Source of the DNA: Utricularia gibba
Lineage: Eukaryota; Plantae; Magnoliophyta
Length of the DNA: 64,000 nt
Direction: 5' to 3'
NCBI GenBank assembly: GCA_002189035.1
Contig: NEEC01000015.1
Coordinates: 2,418,001 to 2,482,000 of the forward strand
Part shown: in pieces, positions 31,912-50,510 of the stretch
Layout: each line of letters begins with the position of its first letter
Numbering within the stretch: position 1 is the stretch's first letter
Translations under genes and position numbers: made by a program
Notes under the pieces: model-generated
What the model saw: the letters and a program-made list of their open reading frames with translations, nothing else
What the model was told of the DNA's origin: nothing
Databases searched by the model: none

Positions 31912-33656
31912 TCATATGGTGATGGACTGTAGCATTAACTTGTACAAAGCAAATCCTCCTTGGTGGCAACCGGGCATCTTCGTGGTAGCAGCAGCTACAA
32001 GATCCTGGTGCAGAGAGAGCTTAAAAACTTCAATGTGAAGAAGAAATTAAGCAGAATGAAGGGTTCATAAACTAGGCGGAGAAGTGAACCATTGGCATAG
32101 TGAAAAGCTGTGTCGATTCGTAGACATCTTGAGCAGTCTTGTAGAGCTGATGAATCTCATCGGAATGGAGACTGCACTCGATGTAGAAGAAAGCTGTTGG
32201 TCTAACATTTACAACTCTCTGTGAGATTCCAAGGAAGACAGGCTCGCTCTGCAGCACCACCGGAAACCTGATATTCTTGAGTAATTCGACAATAATACCA
32301 GTGAAATGATGAAGCGACTCACTAGTTTTGTGGCAGGAACTCCGACTTCTTCAACCACCTCGCGGATGATACTGTCAAACATTTCCTGGGAAACCTTTTT
32401 ATTCACTGTTTCATGAGTTGGAGTTTCAAAATCTTGGTAGCTTGTTATGCCTGCATCCTTGGGCTACTGAGAGGATTAGAGTCGGAAGCACAATCTCAAA
32501 GCACTTGGAAGAAAGATTGGGAATTGTTTAGTTGTGCACCTCAGGATGGCCACCAGGGAAAACAAAGTGGTTTGGGAATTCACCAACATTGTGGCTTCTT
32601 TGCAGCAGAACAATTTGGTCATCGGATGTCTTGACAATTGCGCCGTTGCCAAGAGGATTTGATGTATGTTTACATCTTTCTTGATCGTCTGCATGTTACA
32701 AGGCGACAAGTTTCGAAATCCTACCAGAAGTACGAGATTGATGTGTAGGTTTATGTGGGTGCATACCTTCGGATGGAACAAGAAACTCTTCCCAAAGAGG
32801 ATTCAGATTTGTCCCGACAAATGTCCTGCTCAGGGAGGAATACTACAGAGGTTCTAACTTAAATTTCCACATTGAAATCTAGTAAACCGGCGTGCTATCT
32901 ATCAAAGGGCTGAAAAAAGAGAAGAAGAGATAAAGCACCTGTAGTCTGTTAAGCCAAGATGGAGGCAAACACTAGGCTTTTGATGTGGCTCAGCTGAAGA
33001 AATCACATGTCCACCGTACTGACAAACCATGAACCGAATTAATGTAGAGATAGATATTCATCGATTCCATGAAACAAGTAGTTAGTTACAAACAGTTTAT
33101 CTGGCATGCAAGACAGAAAATCAGACAAACTATTCGAATAACGAACACTTCATGGAGAAAGAAGAACATACCCTAAACTTTAGTCCATTGTAGAGAGCAG
33201 GGCTCTGCTGAAGTCTCGTGTCCCATATCTGACAACCAGAAATCCAACCATCAACGAATCAAAGAATCGACACACAGTGAGAGAGAAACAGAGAGCCAAT
33301 ATATCAGCAAAACCTCCAAAATGGAATCCTCCAATCTGGAATCCGAGTGTGGAATTCTATCAAATGACCGATCAAACACCGAAGAAACCTGCGCATTAAA
33401 TGGGAACACGCATTCCCAATTGCCCCATCCACTTCAGATATTTTGCGCAAACTCAACTCGTATAGTATATACTTGAATCCGATTCCCATACAAACTCGAG
33501 TTGAAGCTCGATTCGACTCCAAAAATTAATATTAAGAATCCATAATCCAAAATTTTGATAGACCTGGGATGCAGAAAGACCTGATGGACAAGACAGGAGA
33601 AGTCGAAAAGCCGGACGATCATCGCGACCGCTGTCACCGGAAGCCGGCTTCTCCAT
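31912..33656 (-). CDS. NUDT9: Nudix hydrolase 9-like (about 9 exons)
   Basis: Spliced exons read FRLLLSCPSGLSASQ, FDRIPHSDSRLEDSI, LYNGLKFRYGG, LHLGLTDYRTFVGTNLNPLW, VGEFPNHFVFPGGHPEP, Nudix-like SIIREVVEEVG and KMPGCHQGGFALYKLM. Confidence 0.88.
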
Positions 33657-33992
33657 CTCCGAAGAGAGACGCCACGGATCGTCACTCAGAAACAAGAATG
33701 ATTCTTTTTCTATTTTCCACAATATAGCCATAAATTAATATGAATGTTTAATTTCTAATCAAAGATAATTAATATTTTTTAATAAAATACATAAATTAAA
33801 AATAACCGATAATTTGACAAGTTCAAAACTTCAAAGTGAACCAGTATTCTATCCATTTGATGTTAGACCTGGATTTTAAAGTACAGTTGTGAATGCCCAT
33901 CAAAAAGAGCACAATATAATCAATTTTAAACAAGGAAAAAAATCCTTGTAAATTCCCAATGAGTCTATCCTCCCTCAGCCATGTTTTCCGGC

Positions 33993-38356
<4,364 letters not shown>

Positions 38357-40480
38357 GTATCAAACGCGAATTTCCCGATCACGGGAATACCCAATTCAGC
38401 AAATAAAAAAATGTCTCCTAAACCAAATAGAGGAACATAAAAACAATACCACGATATGCTTTCCGAGAAAAGTAAAGGCAGTGTCGATTACACATCACAA
38501 GGTAAAAAAAAAAAAAAAACCGAAATACGAATGTCAGCCACACTACCTGCAGTCCTGCTCGCAAAATACTCCCTGTTCCTACACAATCTAAACCGAAAGG
38601 TGCACGGATCTGTGCCGGCGAAACGGTACGGCGATTTCACGGCGGAATTTCGTTAAAGCCTCGTTTTACCACCGAGTAAAAACAATAACGTAACTGTTCA
38701 TGACGCAGTAAAAAAACCAATAAATACATAATCCCGAATATTCTCTTCTACTTTAACAGAATGCCCGTAGGCCCATGGGCCGATGCTTTCTTATTTCGTT
38801 GAAAAAAATGGGCCGAAATTAAACATAAAACCATGAAGATGACCGTGTGCGCCTCCAGCCTGTGACAACCACGTGGGCAGCCCAAAAAATGAGATGGGCC
38901 TCCACCGGGCCCGTAGCAGAGCACAGAGGATCGTGAGCTGTTTTCCAGTAGCTTTCTTGTAGCTTACATTTCATGGAGCAGAGCCAGGGAGGATCCAACC
39001 ACTGCCATTTCTTGCCTTGGAACCTCCCCAAAGCTCTGTTCACTTCAGAATGTTTAAAAGAGGCGCTTGAAAAGGGGGAGCGCCTGAGGGGCGATAGGGG
39101 CATCCTGCTGCTGCTGCTAATGCTGCTGGTCGCTGGGCATTCATAATAATCCTGCCTTATTACATAAATATCAACATTGAATGAACGCCCCACACACCAT
39201 CTTAATCATTTTAGACAGCAAGAGCTGTCAAATAATAGTGTAATCGCAAGCCATGATTAAGATACAAGCCATCCCGTGTCTTAAATAAAGCTACACGCCA
39301 CTGTGTTATAACATGCGCCATTTAATAGACCGTGTCTTCGACACATGCCCGCGAGGCTGTTCCACATGTCATGTGTTGGGAGTGGGGCGTCATTTCCTTC
39401 TGTCCTAACAAGAGATCCCCCCCGCCCTTCGCAGTGCCGTGTGAATTTTCTCTTCACAGCGACAACTTGTCTTTGTTTTCCTGCACGCAGCGAAGTGTTT
39501 CCACACGAACTGAGAGGACCACTCCACAGTGTGTAGATGAGAGCTTCTGCGTGGCATCGGTACTCTACGCAGCCCAGCCGAAGGAACTTCTCAATGAATG
39601 CCCGCCCCAATTTATTGTTCACATCACACGCACAGTTAAGACACCTCCTGCCCTTTCCGGCAACAAGAAGAGACATACGCAACGCCACAGCGACGATCGC
39701 AGCGCCGTCTCCTTCTTCCGACCGTTCACCCCGTTCTTGAAGCTGCGCCGGCGAGCCCACTTACGACCACATTCTACTTATGGAATGCGAGCAGTGGAGA
39801 GGGAATATTAGGCATGCGGGGTCGCTGCTCTCGGCAAACTTCCAATTATGGAAGCTTGGACTACGCCTTCCTTCCTAAACTATTTGACTTTTACAGTAGC
39901 TTTTACTTGCGTCTACTATTTTTATAAAAAAAAACGTAAAATCATCTAATATTTTATAATTAATCGAATTGGATTCATCTAATTGAAAAAATATCACAAG
40001 TAAATATAAGAATTTGTTCAATTGTTCGAGGAAAAAAATAATTTCATCCGAAAAAAAATTTTTTTTTTTTTTACTGGCAGCTGGAGAGATTTATTACAAA
40101 TAAAATATTGGGGTATATTAAAAATTTCTTTAAAAAAAAAAGGAAAACTGGAGTTGGCAAATCTCGAGCTGTTGAATGTGATCACATGGAGACAGGTGCA
40201 GAGCTACTCCGGCATTCATTGTGAATCTTGACTCCCCCAACAACTCACACCTTCAAATTTTGCTGACTCACCAACCCTCTATGATTAAATTAATTCCAAT
40301 AATTAAACAAATGGAAGTACAAGATCATCATCATCATCATCAACAACCAAGAAACCAAGAATTGCAGAAGCGTGTGTGTTTGTTGGTGGTATAAGTAAGA
40401 ATCATGCATGCAGAGAATGTGGATCGGGGTGTATGGAATGGATGGATGGATGGATGATTGCTTACTGAGAAGGGTTGATG

Positions 40481-41898
40481 TTAATCTGGGATCTCGTAAT
40501 CATCTGGGACGACGAAGGTGTCGGGGTCTTCGTCTTGAATCCACCCGTACTTGGCCATGAACGGGTTGCTCAGATCTTTCTTGGGGAAGTTGTGAATCAT
40601 TGGTTTCCAGACGTTGTCCTTTCCGTCCAGATCCCGGATCACTTCCCATAGGCAGCTGTTGCATTTGAATCCTGCGCCGAAGCTGATCATCAGAACCCTG
40701 TCTCCTTTCTTGAGCCTCTGTTTGGATTCCATGTATCCCAGCACGTACCAGAGGCTGCTCGCGGATGTGTTTCCGAATCTGTGGAGTGTCATTCTCGCTG
40801 GTTCGATGTCGTAGGCTGTGAGCCCTAGATTTTGTGACACCGCGTCGATGACTGCTTTTCCTCCGGTGTGGAGACAGAAGTGGTCCACGCCCTTTTTGAA
40901 ATTGATCACGGGACGGGTACCGGTGCCCGCGGCGGAGGCTTTGCTCAGTTTTTGATGGATTTTGCGGTTGAGGAGGAGGAGGGCGAAGCGGAGGAGTTCG
41001 GTGACTGGGAGGATCTGGGGGGCGATTTCTTTGAGGTTGTCGACGAAGGCTTTCGTCGCGGCTTTCGGAAGGTTTTTTCCCAGATGGAAACCCACGTTTC
41101 CGGCGTCGTCTTCGCGCTGGATGCAGCAATTGAAGGATTCGTCTCTAGAGCCGTGGTGTGTCCGGACGAGGGTTTTGAGCTTGAACTTTGCTCTGTCTTT
41201 CAGGGACGGTTTGTTGGTGAGGAGAATCGCGCAGCCGCCGGAGCGGAAGAGGCAATTCGCTAGAATCATAGATCTATCCTTTCCGGTGTACCACCCCAAG
41301 CTGAGTGACTCCGATGTAATCACCAGCGCCTGCACATTTTTCTGGTTCTTGAAAATGCTCCGTACCGCGTCAATGGAGATCAAACTGGCGCTGCATCCCA
41401 TTCCGGTGAGATTATACACCTTAACATCGTCCCTCAATTTGTACTGATTGATTATCCTCGACGCCATCGACGGCATTGACGATATCATCGATATGTTCAC
41501 CACCAGCACATCCACCTCCTGCGGCGAAATCCCCGTTCTCCGCAGAAGCTTCCCCACACTGTCGACGAAAAACTCCTCCATTTCCACGTTGGCGTCTTCC
41601 AACGTCGGCGCCCCTTCACGGCCTTCAAGCACCATCCGCGGCGCGTAAGTCTCTTCCCCGATACCGGAGCTGACAATAGCCTTGAGCAGGAACTTGTACT
41701 CATGAATACCCAGATGCTTATTCCGGCGAATAACCTCCCCACAGAACTTGGTGCTGAGCTTTCTGTCGTCCCCGGCAAGTAGCATTCATAGTCCAGGATG
41801 TAGCAGTTTTGGTGCCGTTTCCAGTCGTAATGACGCCATAGAAGATACACTAAACAGAGCAGAGGAATGCAGAAGCCGAGTAGAAGAGCAAAATCCAT
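40481..41898 (-). CDS. 3-ketoacyl-CoA synthase, KCS3/KCS12-like, intronless (apparent -1 indel at 41770-41773)
   Basis: CYILDYECY, catalytic NLTGMGCSASLIS, HFCLHTGGKAVID, LHRFGNTSASSLWY and ISFGAGFKCNS are present. The 1418-nt span equals 3n+2, consistent with one missing base. Confidence 0.93.
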
Positions 41899-43516
41899 CT
41901 CTGAGGCGGAGAAGGAAAAGCAGAAAGAAAACTAGCATTCAGTATAACCTTCCCCCTCCTGCCTCTGGATTAATACTCTTCTCCTCGGGGTATTATGCTG
42001 CAAGGTGAATGAAGGTCTACACCGTTGACCAATTACACCCCTCCCCACTTTATTTTATTTTCAATTTATTGCATATAATTAATTATCTCACTGGCCACTC
42101 CCCCAACCAGCATCCACTTTATGTATATGTAATTTTGAATATTATAATATTTAATTAAAAATTCACATTATCGGATTAAATTAAGGAATTATTAAATTTC
42201 TGTGTTTAGTAACTAAATAACAGACTAATTAGAAAAATTATAACATTCAATTTTATCTACTTTTAAAAATATATTTATATAATAATCTAATATATTAAAT
42301 TTCACAATATATATTATTTTATTAAAATTTACAATATTCTACATAACATGAAACATATCTTCAAATTACAGTATAAGCCCATAATTATTCTAAAAAATTG
42401 TTGATAGAATTAGCATTTGCATAAAGGTTTTTATAATAGTAGATGAAATTGATATTAGAGGAGTGTCAACATTTCTATGAATATTATATTTATAGTAATA
42501 AACATTAGATTTTTTTATTATCCACATTGAGGTTACATAACAATCACTCAATTGCCATCCTTTTTAAGCCACTCAATTGGTGAATAAATATTACTAATTG
42601 GGCAACTTTTAAATTGCAACTCAAAAGTTGTTGGGTATTTTTTAAATAAAAAAAATTGATTGAAAATGCCAACCCACTGCCAACCGCAAATAAATAGGTA
42701 ACCATTTTTACAATCCCACATCCTATTATTATAATGCGTTAATAAAAAATATATTGTTATATTAATATCAACTAATTACCGTTTTGCCATTTTCAAGTTC
42801 CTACCAAAAAAAATAAAAGAAAAAGGAAGGTATTATTAATCGGAGGTAGGGAGCCGCCTCTAGGGAGAGTAGGTGCAGAGGAGGACAGAAATGCAATTTT
42901 TGCGGTGGCGTTTATTACTACTCGGTATGATTTCATTACATTCTGTGGAATGATTTGTTGGCGGTAAGAGTAGTGTTTTTATTACAAGGGTTTTTGTACG
43001 GTATCGATTGTTGAAAATAAACGAGAGTAGAGGATCGGGGAACTTAGCTGGATCCGACGGCGGAGATGGATTGTATTGAATGCCCACCTACTCCCCGAAA
43101 CGCCGATGGGAATGCTTCATGCCCCGCCAAAAAACGTTGCTTGTTTCATCGAATCAGGAAATCCGGTGGTGAGAATATAAATATAAAATGAATTTCGATT
43201 GATTTTTAATAAAAAAATAAATGAGTAATGTCTATCTGTAATTTAAAGCTATGTTTAAGAATATGTAAAATAGAATCAATTTGAAACATAATTAATTTGT
43301 TAAAATTGTAAAAATATCTTTGGGGATAATATGAAATTTAATAAAAAGGTTATTACATTATCATATAATTTAATATTATGATGTCAATGTATTTTTAGAA
43401 TAAATAAAATTAAAATATTTTATTTAATTATTAAAATATAAATTAAAGAATACAATAATTTATGAAATTAACTATAAAATTTGAAAATAGAATAAACTTA
43501 TGATTTGTAATGCTAT

Positions 43517-43600
43517 TGGGCCTTTGGTCGGAACGGCCCGGCCCTTTTATGGAGAAACGGCGGGATCTAAATAAAATCTGAATACCGCGCTCCCGCCAAT
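43517..43600 (+). promoter_or_regulatory. PCNA proximal promoter: site II and E2F-like elements
   Basis: TGGGCC at 43517-43522, and CCGCCAAT at 43593-43600 (reverse ATTGGCGG, fitting WTTSSCSS). Both element types are established regulators of plant PCNA. Confidence 0.6.
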
Positions 43601-43701
43601 TGAGAGTTGGAGTTGCTGGAGAACCCTAATTTTGGATTCCCTCGGTTTTGCAGAATACGGTTTTTGCACGGGAGCGGTGGTATTTTTCTTCTTTTCGGTG
43701 A

Positions 43702-45007
<1,306 letters not shown>

Positions 45008-45390
45008 TTTTTTTTCCGTTGCTTTGAAGTCAATTCGCTCGGCATGCACTCCTAGTTCTGTGAAAGTCAAGTCGAAACCAACAACAAAATTGAGAATTAA
45101 ATTGTGAGGTTTTGATTTGATTTTGAAAACAAATGAGTGGAAATTGCCGATTTTGATTGACTCTAAATGTTTCTCTGATTACTAATTAGTTAAATAACTG
45201 AACCGACAGCGCCGGCAATCATCATCTGCGCCACAGATGTCCAATTTTAAGACCTATAACGATACAGTATCGATGAGAATGCCAGGCACCGGCTCCAAAT
45301 CCACTGATGAACGAACAGTGTCCGGCTGTCAGAGAGAGGATGGCGGTGGGGCCTGGTGCTGAGTACTTGTGAGGTTCCATTATTGCTTTG

Positions 45391-48225
45391 CTAGGGAATG
45401 TGATGGCCATGTGTCAGCAATTCCTCCAACCGTCTGCAATGTAGAAGGCTTCATCTCCTAGCTCTTCCTCAATCCTTAGCAGCTGCAAATGAATGTTAGA
45501 ATTCTGAGGGAATTTGCATCTAATGGTAACCTGGAAGAACCGAAAAGGGACTGGTTCTTTTCTTGCAAACAAGGCTTAAAAAACGGTTAAGAACATTGCT
45601 AACTAGTAAACAAGAGAAGGGAGGCTGTGAAACCTGATTGTATTTTGCTATTCTTTCGCCACGGCAAGGTGCACCTGCTTTTATCTGACCGGCTCCAACA
45701 CCCACCGCAAAGTCAGCCAAGAAGGAATCTTCAACTTCACCACTTGAATGAGAAACTACCACTCCCCAGTTGGCATCCTTCGCTAACTTGACTGTTTCAA
45801 TAGCCTCGGTCACGGTCCCCAACTGGTTGATCTAAAAAAAAATCAAGACGTATCGACCGCATGACACTTGCTAGAACCTCATTCAGGTATTGACAACAGG
45901 TGCATGACAAGAAAAAAAAAAGCTATTATAAAATCTGCAATTCCAACATGAATACCTTCAAAAGAAGAGAATTGCAGGCTGCTTCATTTATGGCTCTCTC
46001 AATTCGTTTCGGATTTGACACCAATAACTCATCTCCAACAACCTGAGACCAGATAAATTAAGATGGGGCTTAGCTTCAGTCTACTGGAAAATGAACTCAA
46101 CAAAACCAAACTAGCTATATCCATTCCATTTTTATCAAACAGTACTAAATTCTTCTCATTTGTCCCAACTTGAGTGTCGAAGTGGAGACACATTAGGAGG
46201 CAAAATAGTACTGAGGCACCACTTTGAACTAAGTTTAACTTCCAGAAAAATCATGTAACAGAATCTTCATTTCCAAAACATTTAAAAGAAGATACCTGGC
46301 AAACGCCAACACTACAGAAATCCTTAAAATGTGCCCAATCCTCTTTGTCAAATGGATCTTCAATAGATGCGATACTGAAATCTGAGAGCATGCAGAGGCA
46401 TTCGAAGAATTAGGGAGTTCTGAATGACACCGGAAAGCTAGTTTCAACCAGACGTAAAGAACCAGCAGCTGAATAAGAATGCCAATTTTAAGGAGATACC
46501 GTGGCAGAGTTCTTTGTATATGTTTATCATGTCCTCCCCAGATTTAAAACTTTGGCCTGCCTTGTTTGGTGATGCATGATCCAAATCATACTTGGTACCT
46601 ACGCAGGTTAAGGAAACCTCTCACCTTATGCTATACATAACATAGCAGAATAAAAAAGGATGATGAAATTTATCGGAATGAAAAATTTCGAAAACAATTT
46701 TTTCACATACAGTGAAAGAAAAAAAATGCTGCAAAACACCGTGTCATTTGAAATAGGAAAACAAAGCAGGCTTCATTCTCAACACGGATTCCTTATCATG
46801 GAGCCAAAAGAATACCTATGCAAAAATGAGTAGCACCAATGTCGAGAGCTATCTTTATTTTCTCACTACATCCTGTTCTTTCAATGGCTTCAGTCACAAA
46901 ATTTAGGCCATCGCTCAAGCTGTAATCGCAGAAAAATAAAAAAAGATGGACTTAATGAAGATAAAAATGTGAGGATACTTGCCAGGATATATTTGGCATA
47001 AAACCACCATCTTTTTCAACAGTGCATCCATGTAACGCAGACCTCTCAGAAAGCACAGCCTGGTTGATCCAAAACCCAACATAGAATGATACAAACAAGC
47101 AGATAAAAAAATGAATGAATCACTTACGAATAGTTCGCGATGGTAAAGGGTACTCAGTTTTCAAACAGGTAAAATAAAGGTTCTCACTTTCAAATGTTGG
47201 TATGTCTCGGAACCAATTTGTAGGGCCTCCTCAAAACTTGATGCTCCAACAGGTAAAACCATAATACTCTATTGATATTTTAGGTATCATATTGCTATAC
47301 CCATGAATTAATAGGCAGTACGCAAAAAGATTAAAAAAATACTACTCACACGGAATGCCAGATTATTCCCAGCAGTTTTTCCACCACTTATGAGAGTGAA
47401 AGATGGGACAGGAAGACTGCAGCTTGATTTTCCAGAAAGTTCCGCAATGTGCTTGTGAACGGGAATCTATAAAACAACTTAAAACAGAATAGCACAAGTT
47501 GTTCTTCACTAACTAGGTATCAACGAAAGCATTCTCCTTGTACCTCCTTTTCAGCAGCCCCAGCTTTGCACGCTGCCATTGAAACTGCCAAAATTGCATT
47601 TGCTCCTAATTCACTCTACCAAAATGGAAACTAGGAAGGTAGCATCATTGAAAAACTCGATGTAGAATGTAAACAGCTTATATGGCATCACCACAGGATT
47701 ATAAAGCTAAAGCTACCTTCCTTTCAGTCTTGTCCAAATCAATCATAGCCTGATCGATCTGCCCTTGCAGCGTTGGATCCATACCAACTAAAACTTCAGA
47801 TATCTTTTCATTAACATTAATTACAGCCCTGCTCACACCATTCCCAAGATAGACGCCCGTGGCCCCATCGCGTAATTCAACTGCCCCATACCTATTGTAA
47901 GCAATTTGTATCATAGCATAAACTCATGCGATCAAAAGGAGAAGTAAGAAATAAGAACTGCATACGTTCCAGAAGACGAGCCACTGGGCGCGGAGGCGCG
48001 AAAAACACCTTTCTTTGTGTACAAATCAACTTCCACAGTGGGGATTCCTCTGCTATCAAGAATCTGCCGTGCCTTAACCTTGGTTATGACTGAGGGGACA
48101 GACTTTCTCATGTGATTGGAAATGAATAGTACGGGATCTGGTGTCCTCGCCCTCACTGCGGCGTTGACGGCGTCCTCAATCTTCCGAGAGAGCATATGCT
48201 TGTCCAGATACTCCTGCACCAACAT
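45391..48225 (-). CDS. ENO3: Cytosolic enolase 3 (ENO3/ENOC-like), multi-exon
   Basis: The ENO3-type N-terminal extension [26 protein letters not shown] precedes [17 protein letters not shown]. Later exons give [58 protein letters not shown]. Confidence 0.93.
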
Positions 48226-48627
48226 TCTCTAAGAATTTTCACTTCCTCCAACAGCTGGATTTCGGAACCTTGCTTCCGGCGATCTATCGGCGCACACGGA
48301 GGGAACCGGAAACCGAAAGTTGAATATTTTGAACACGGGCTTAACACTCCACGATTCCAGAAAACAATTTTCCTTATTGGATCTGGGCCTGAATAGCCCG
48401 ATAATTACCCATTTAAATAAATAAATATTCACTTAATTCTGATTTTCCATTATCAAACGATGCCTTAGCATTTAAATTACGATTAGGTACTCAAACTTGC
48501 CAAAAATTCCACAAAGACTATGAGCAATTATCAATACACGTCCTTTCTAATTTGAGTAATTATAGAACCACACCAGAATCCACTCAGCGACTGCACATCA
48601 TCAGCCTCCGCCGCCGTTCCACAGTCA

Positions 48628-50510
48628 TCATCTACGGGAGTGGCTTGAATGAGACGACGTCGTAGAGGACCCAGATGTCTGAAGAAACAAGTCCGACAAG
48701 TAGTTGCCCAGGTCCTCGGGGCATAACGGACAATTGGATCTTCCCATGATTCCAGCAGACCAGCACTCCGGTGCCTTTCATAGAACCCCCGATAGCCGGG
48801 GCCTATTAGCGTCGCGATGGAGAGCTTTACCCGATCGCGGAGTTCCGGGTCGGGTATGAGCCAGGAAGTCTGCTTTCTGTAGGCTTCCTCGAAAGCGATG
48901 TTGAATTGTTTGAAGTGATGCTTGATCTGCTGCAGAGGGATCTCGGCCGTCGGATCCGGGGGCAGGGATGAAATCACCTTCGTCCATCCCATTCTCTCGT
49001 ATTTGGACAAGAACCGGTTTACTTTGGCCCGGTGCTGCCAGATCCAATCAGCGCCCATCACAAGGCCCAGATTCGACTTCTGGACCTTCGAAACGACGTA
49101 GTTTAGGTTGTTCGCTAGGAAGAGATAGGATAATGCGACGTCGTTATACATCACCGCCTTGCCGTCCAGTTTACACAGGAGGAGGAGGATCAGCCAGCCG
49201 ACTCTGATGGTTATCGCCGCCGCGGAAGAGTCCTGTCCGTCAGCGGTGGTGGGACTGGAAAAGTAGCTCTCCGGTAGTGGACTGTGCGGGTTCACGGGGC
49301 ACTCGGAGATTATATCGGAAACGGGGCCTGTGTAGTCGCCGAGGAAAATGAGGAAATTCATCACGTAACGAGTCAGAGGGTGGACGCCGCCGCCGGGGAA
49401 TGTTTTCGAGGAGTCTTTCTGAATCGCAGTCTCCAGTTGAGTTAACATGATTCTCACTGCTTCGCCCAATCTCGTGAGGGCAGCCACAGCCTCGGCCTTC
49501 ACGGGGGACAGCATCTCGTGCCAAAATATAGCTTCGATCTCCGGCCACAAATTCGAGATCGCTTCGTAGAGGTCGAGAGTGCGAAACATTTTCTCCGGGG
49601 ACAGAATTTTCTTGCTCTTCCCGAAATTGGTAGCGAAGCTGAACAAGTTCACCGCCGCGTCTCTGCATATCTCCGCGAAGCACGATTCCGCGATTCTCTC
49701 CGAGGAGGCAAAAACCATTTGGCAGAGAATCTTTTCGCCCTGGAAAAGGGTCCTCACCGCGGTCTTAACAGCTCGCAGCCAGGCCGTGATTTTGTCTTCC
49801 AGAACATTCCATTCCATCTTCTGCATCTTAGAGTGATTCAATTTTTCTACCTCTAAGTAGTGCAGAGCTTCATCGACGATTGATCTTCTCACAGTGTTGT
49901 AGATTTTCACGCATTCCTTAGTATATCCACAACTAATCATGCACTCAGCGATTCTCCGCAGATCCGCCATGGCAACATCCGCCGCCGCATCGGCTTCGGG
50001 GCTCAAATTCCCAGCCCTCGGCGGTGTGCGCGGCGGCGTTTTACCGGGCTCCTCTTCAGAGCCTTCATCCTCTATGTAATCCGTGACGCTAGACCTGAGA
50101 GAACGGCGGGAGTACCTACTGGACAACGAGTCGGAGTCAAGATTCTTCCTGTTCTCCGACAGAATGAGGAAAAACTCCTTCTCCAGCCTATTGATCGCTA
50201 TCGGCATCAATCTCTGTGCTCCCACCAGCTTCTCGGAGCCAGAATCATGCTTCAAATAAGCACGCATAGCTCGCTGCAAATCGGTCACCGCTTTGAGAAA
50301 TCTCCCGGCTTCTACCCTATCGCCGACGAACAGCCGCCGCGACAGTTTCTGCCGCTTATCAGCATCGGCATCCCACTCTCGAATCATCGATTCTGCAAAT
50401 TCGATGTCGTCCACCAGCACCATCTCCGATAACGTGCGGTGGTCCGGCGACCGCCTTGGCGTCGTCGACTGGTGCGATGGAGACGATTCGCGGCTAGATA
50501 TCCCCTTCAT
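48628..50510 (-). CDS. EXO70H: Exocyst subunit EXO70, H clade, intronless (apparent -1 indel at 48718-48721)
   Basis: RLEKEFFLIL, DLRRIAECMISCGYTKEC, GGGVHPLTRYVMNFL, LSYLFLANNLNYVVSKV and WLIPDPELRD are present. The corrected C-terminus is RYAPEDLGNYLSDLFLQTSGSSTTSSHSSHSRR* (TGA 48630-48628). Confidence 0.93.

Noticed and set aside
40500-41648. Overlapping alternative-frame and antisense ORFs in KCS (and likewise in EXO70H, H4 and DOF)
   Set aside because: These are expected by-products of GC-rich coding sequence and show no independent motifs.
42713-42723. USE-like ATCCCACATCC (snRNA or telomerase-RNA promoter element)
   Set aside because: It has one mismatch to RTCCCACATCG, T-runs follow where transcription would start, and no snRNA sequence or telomeric template is visible downstream.
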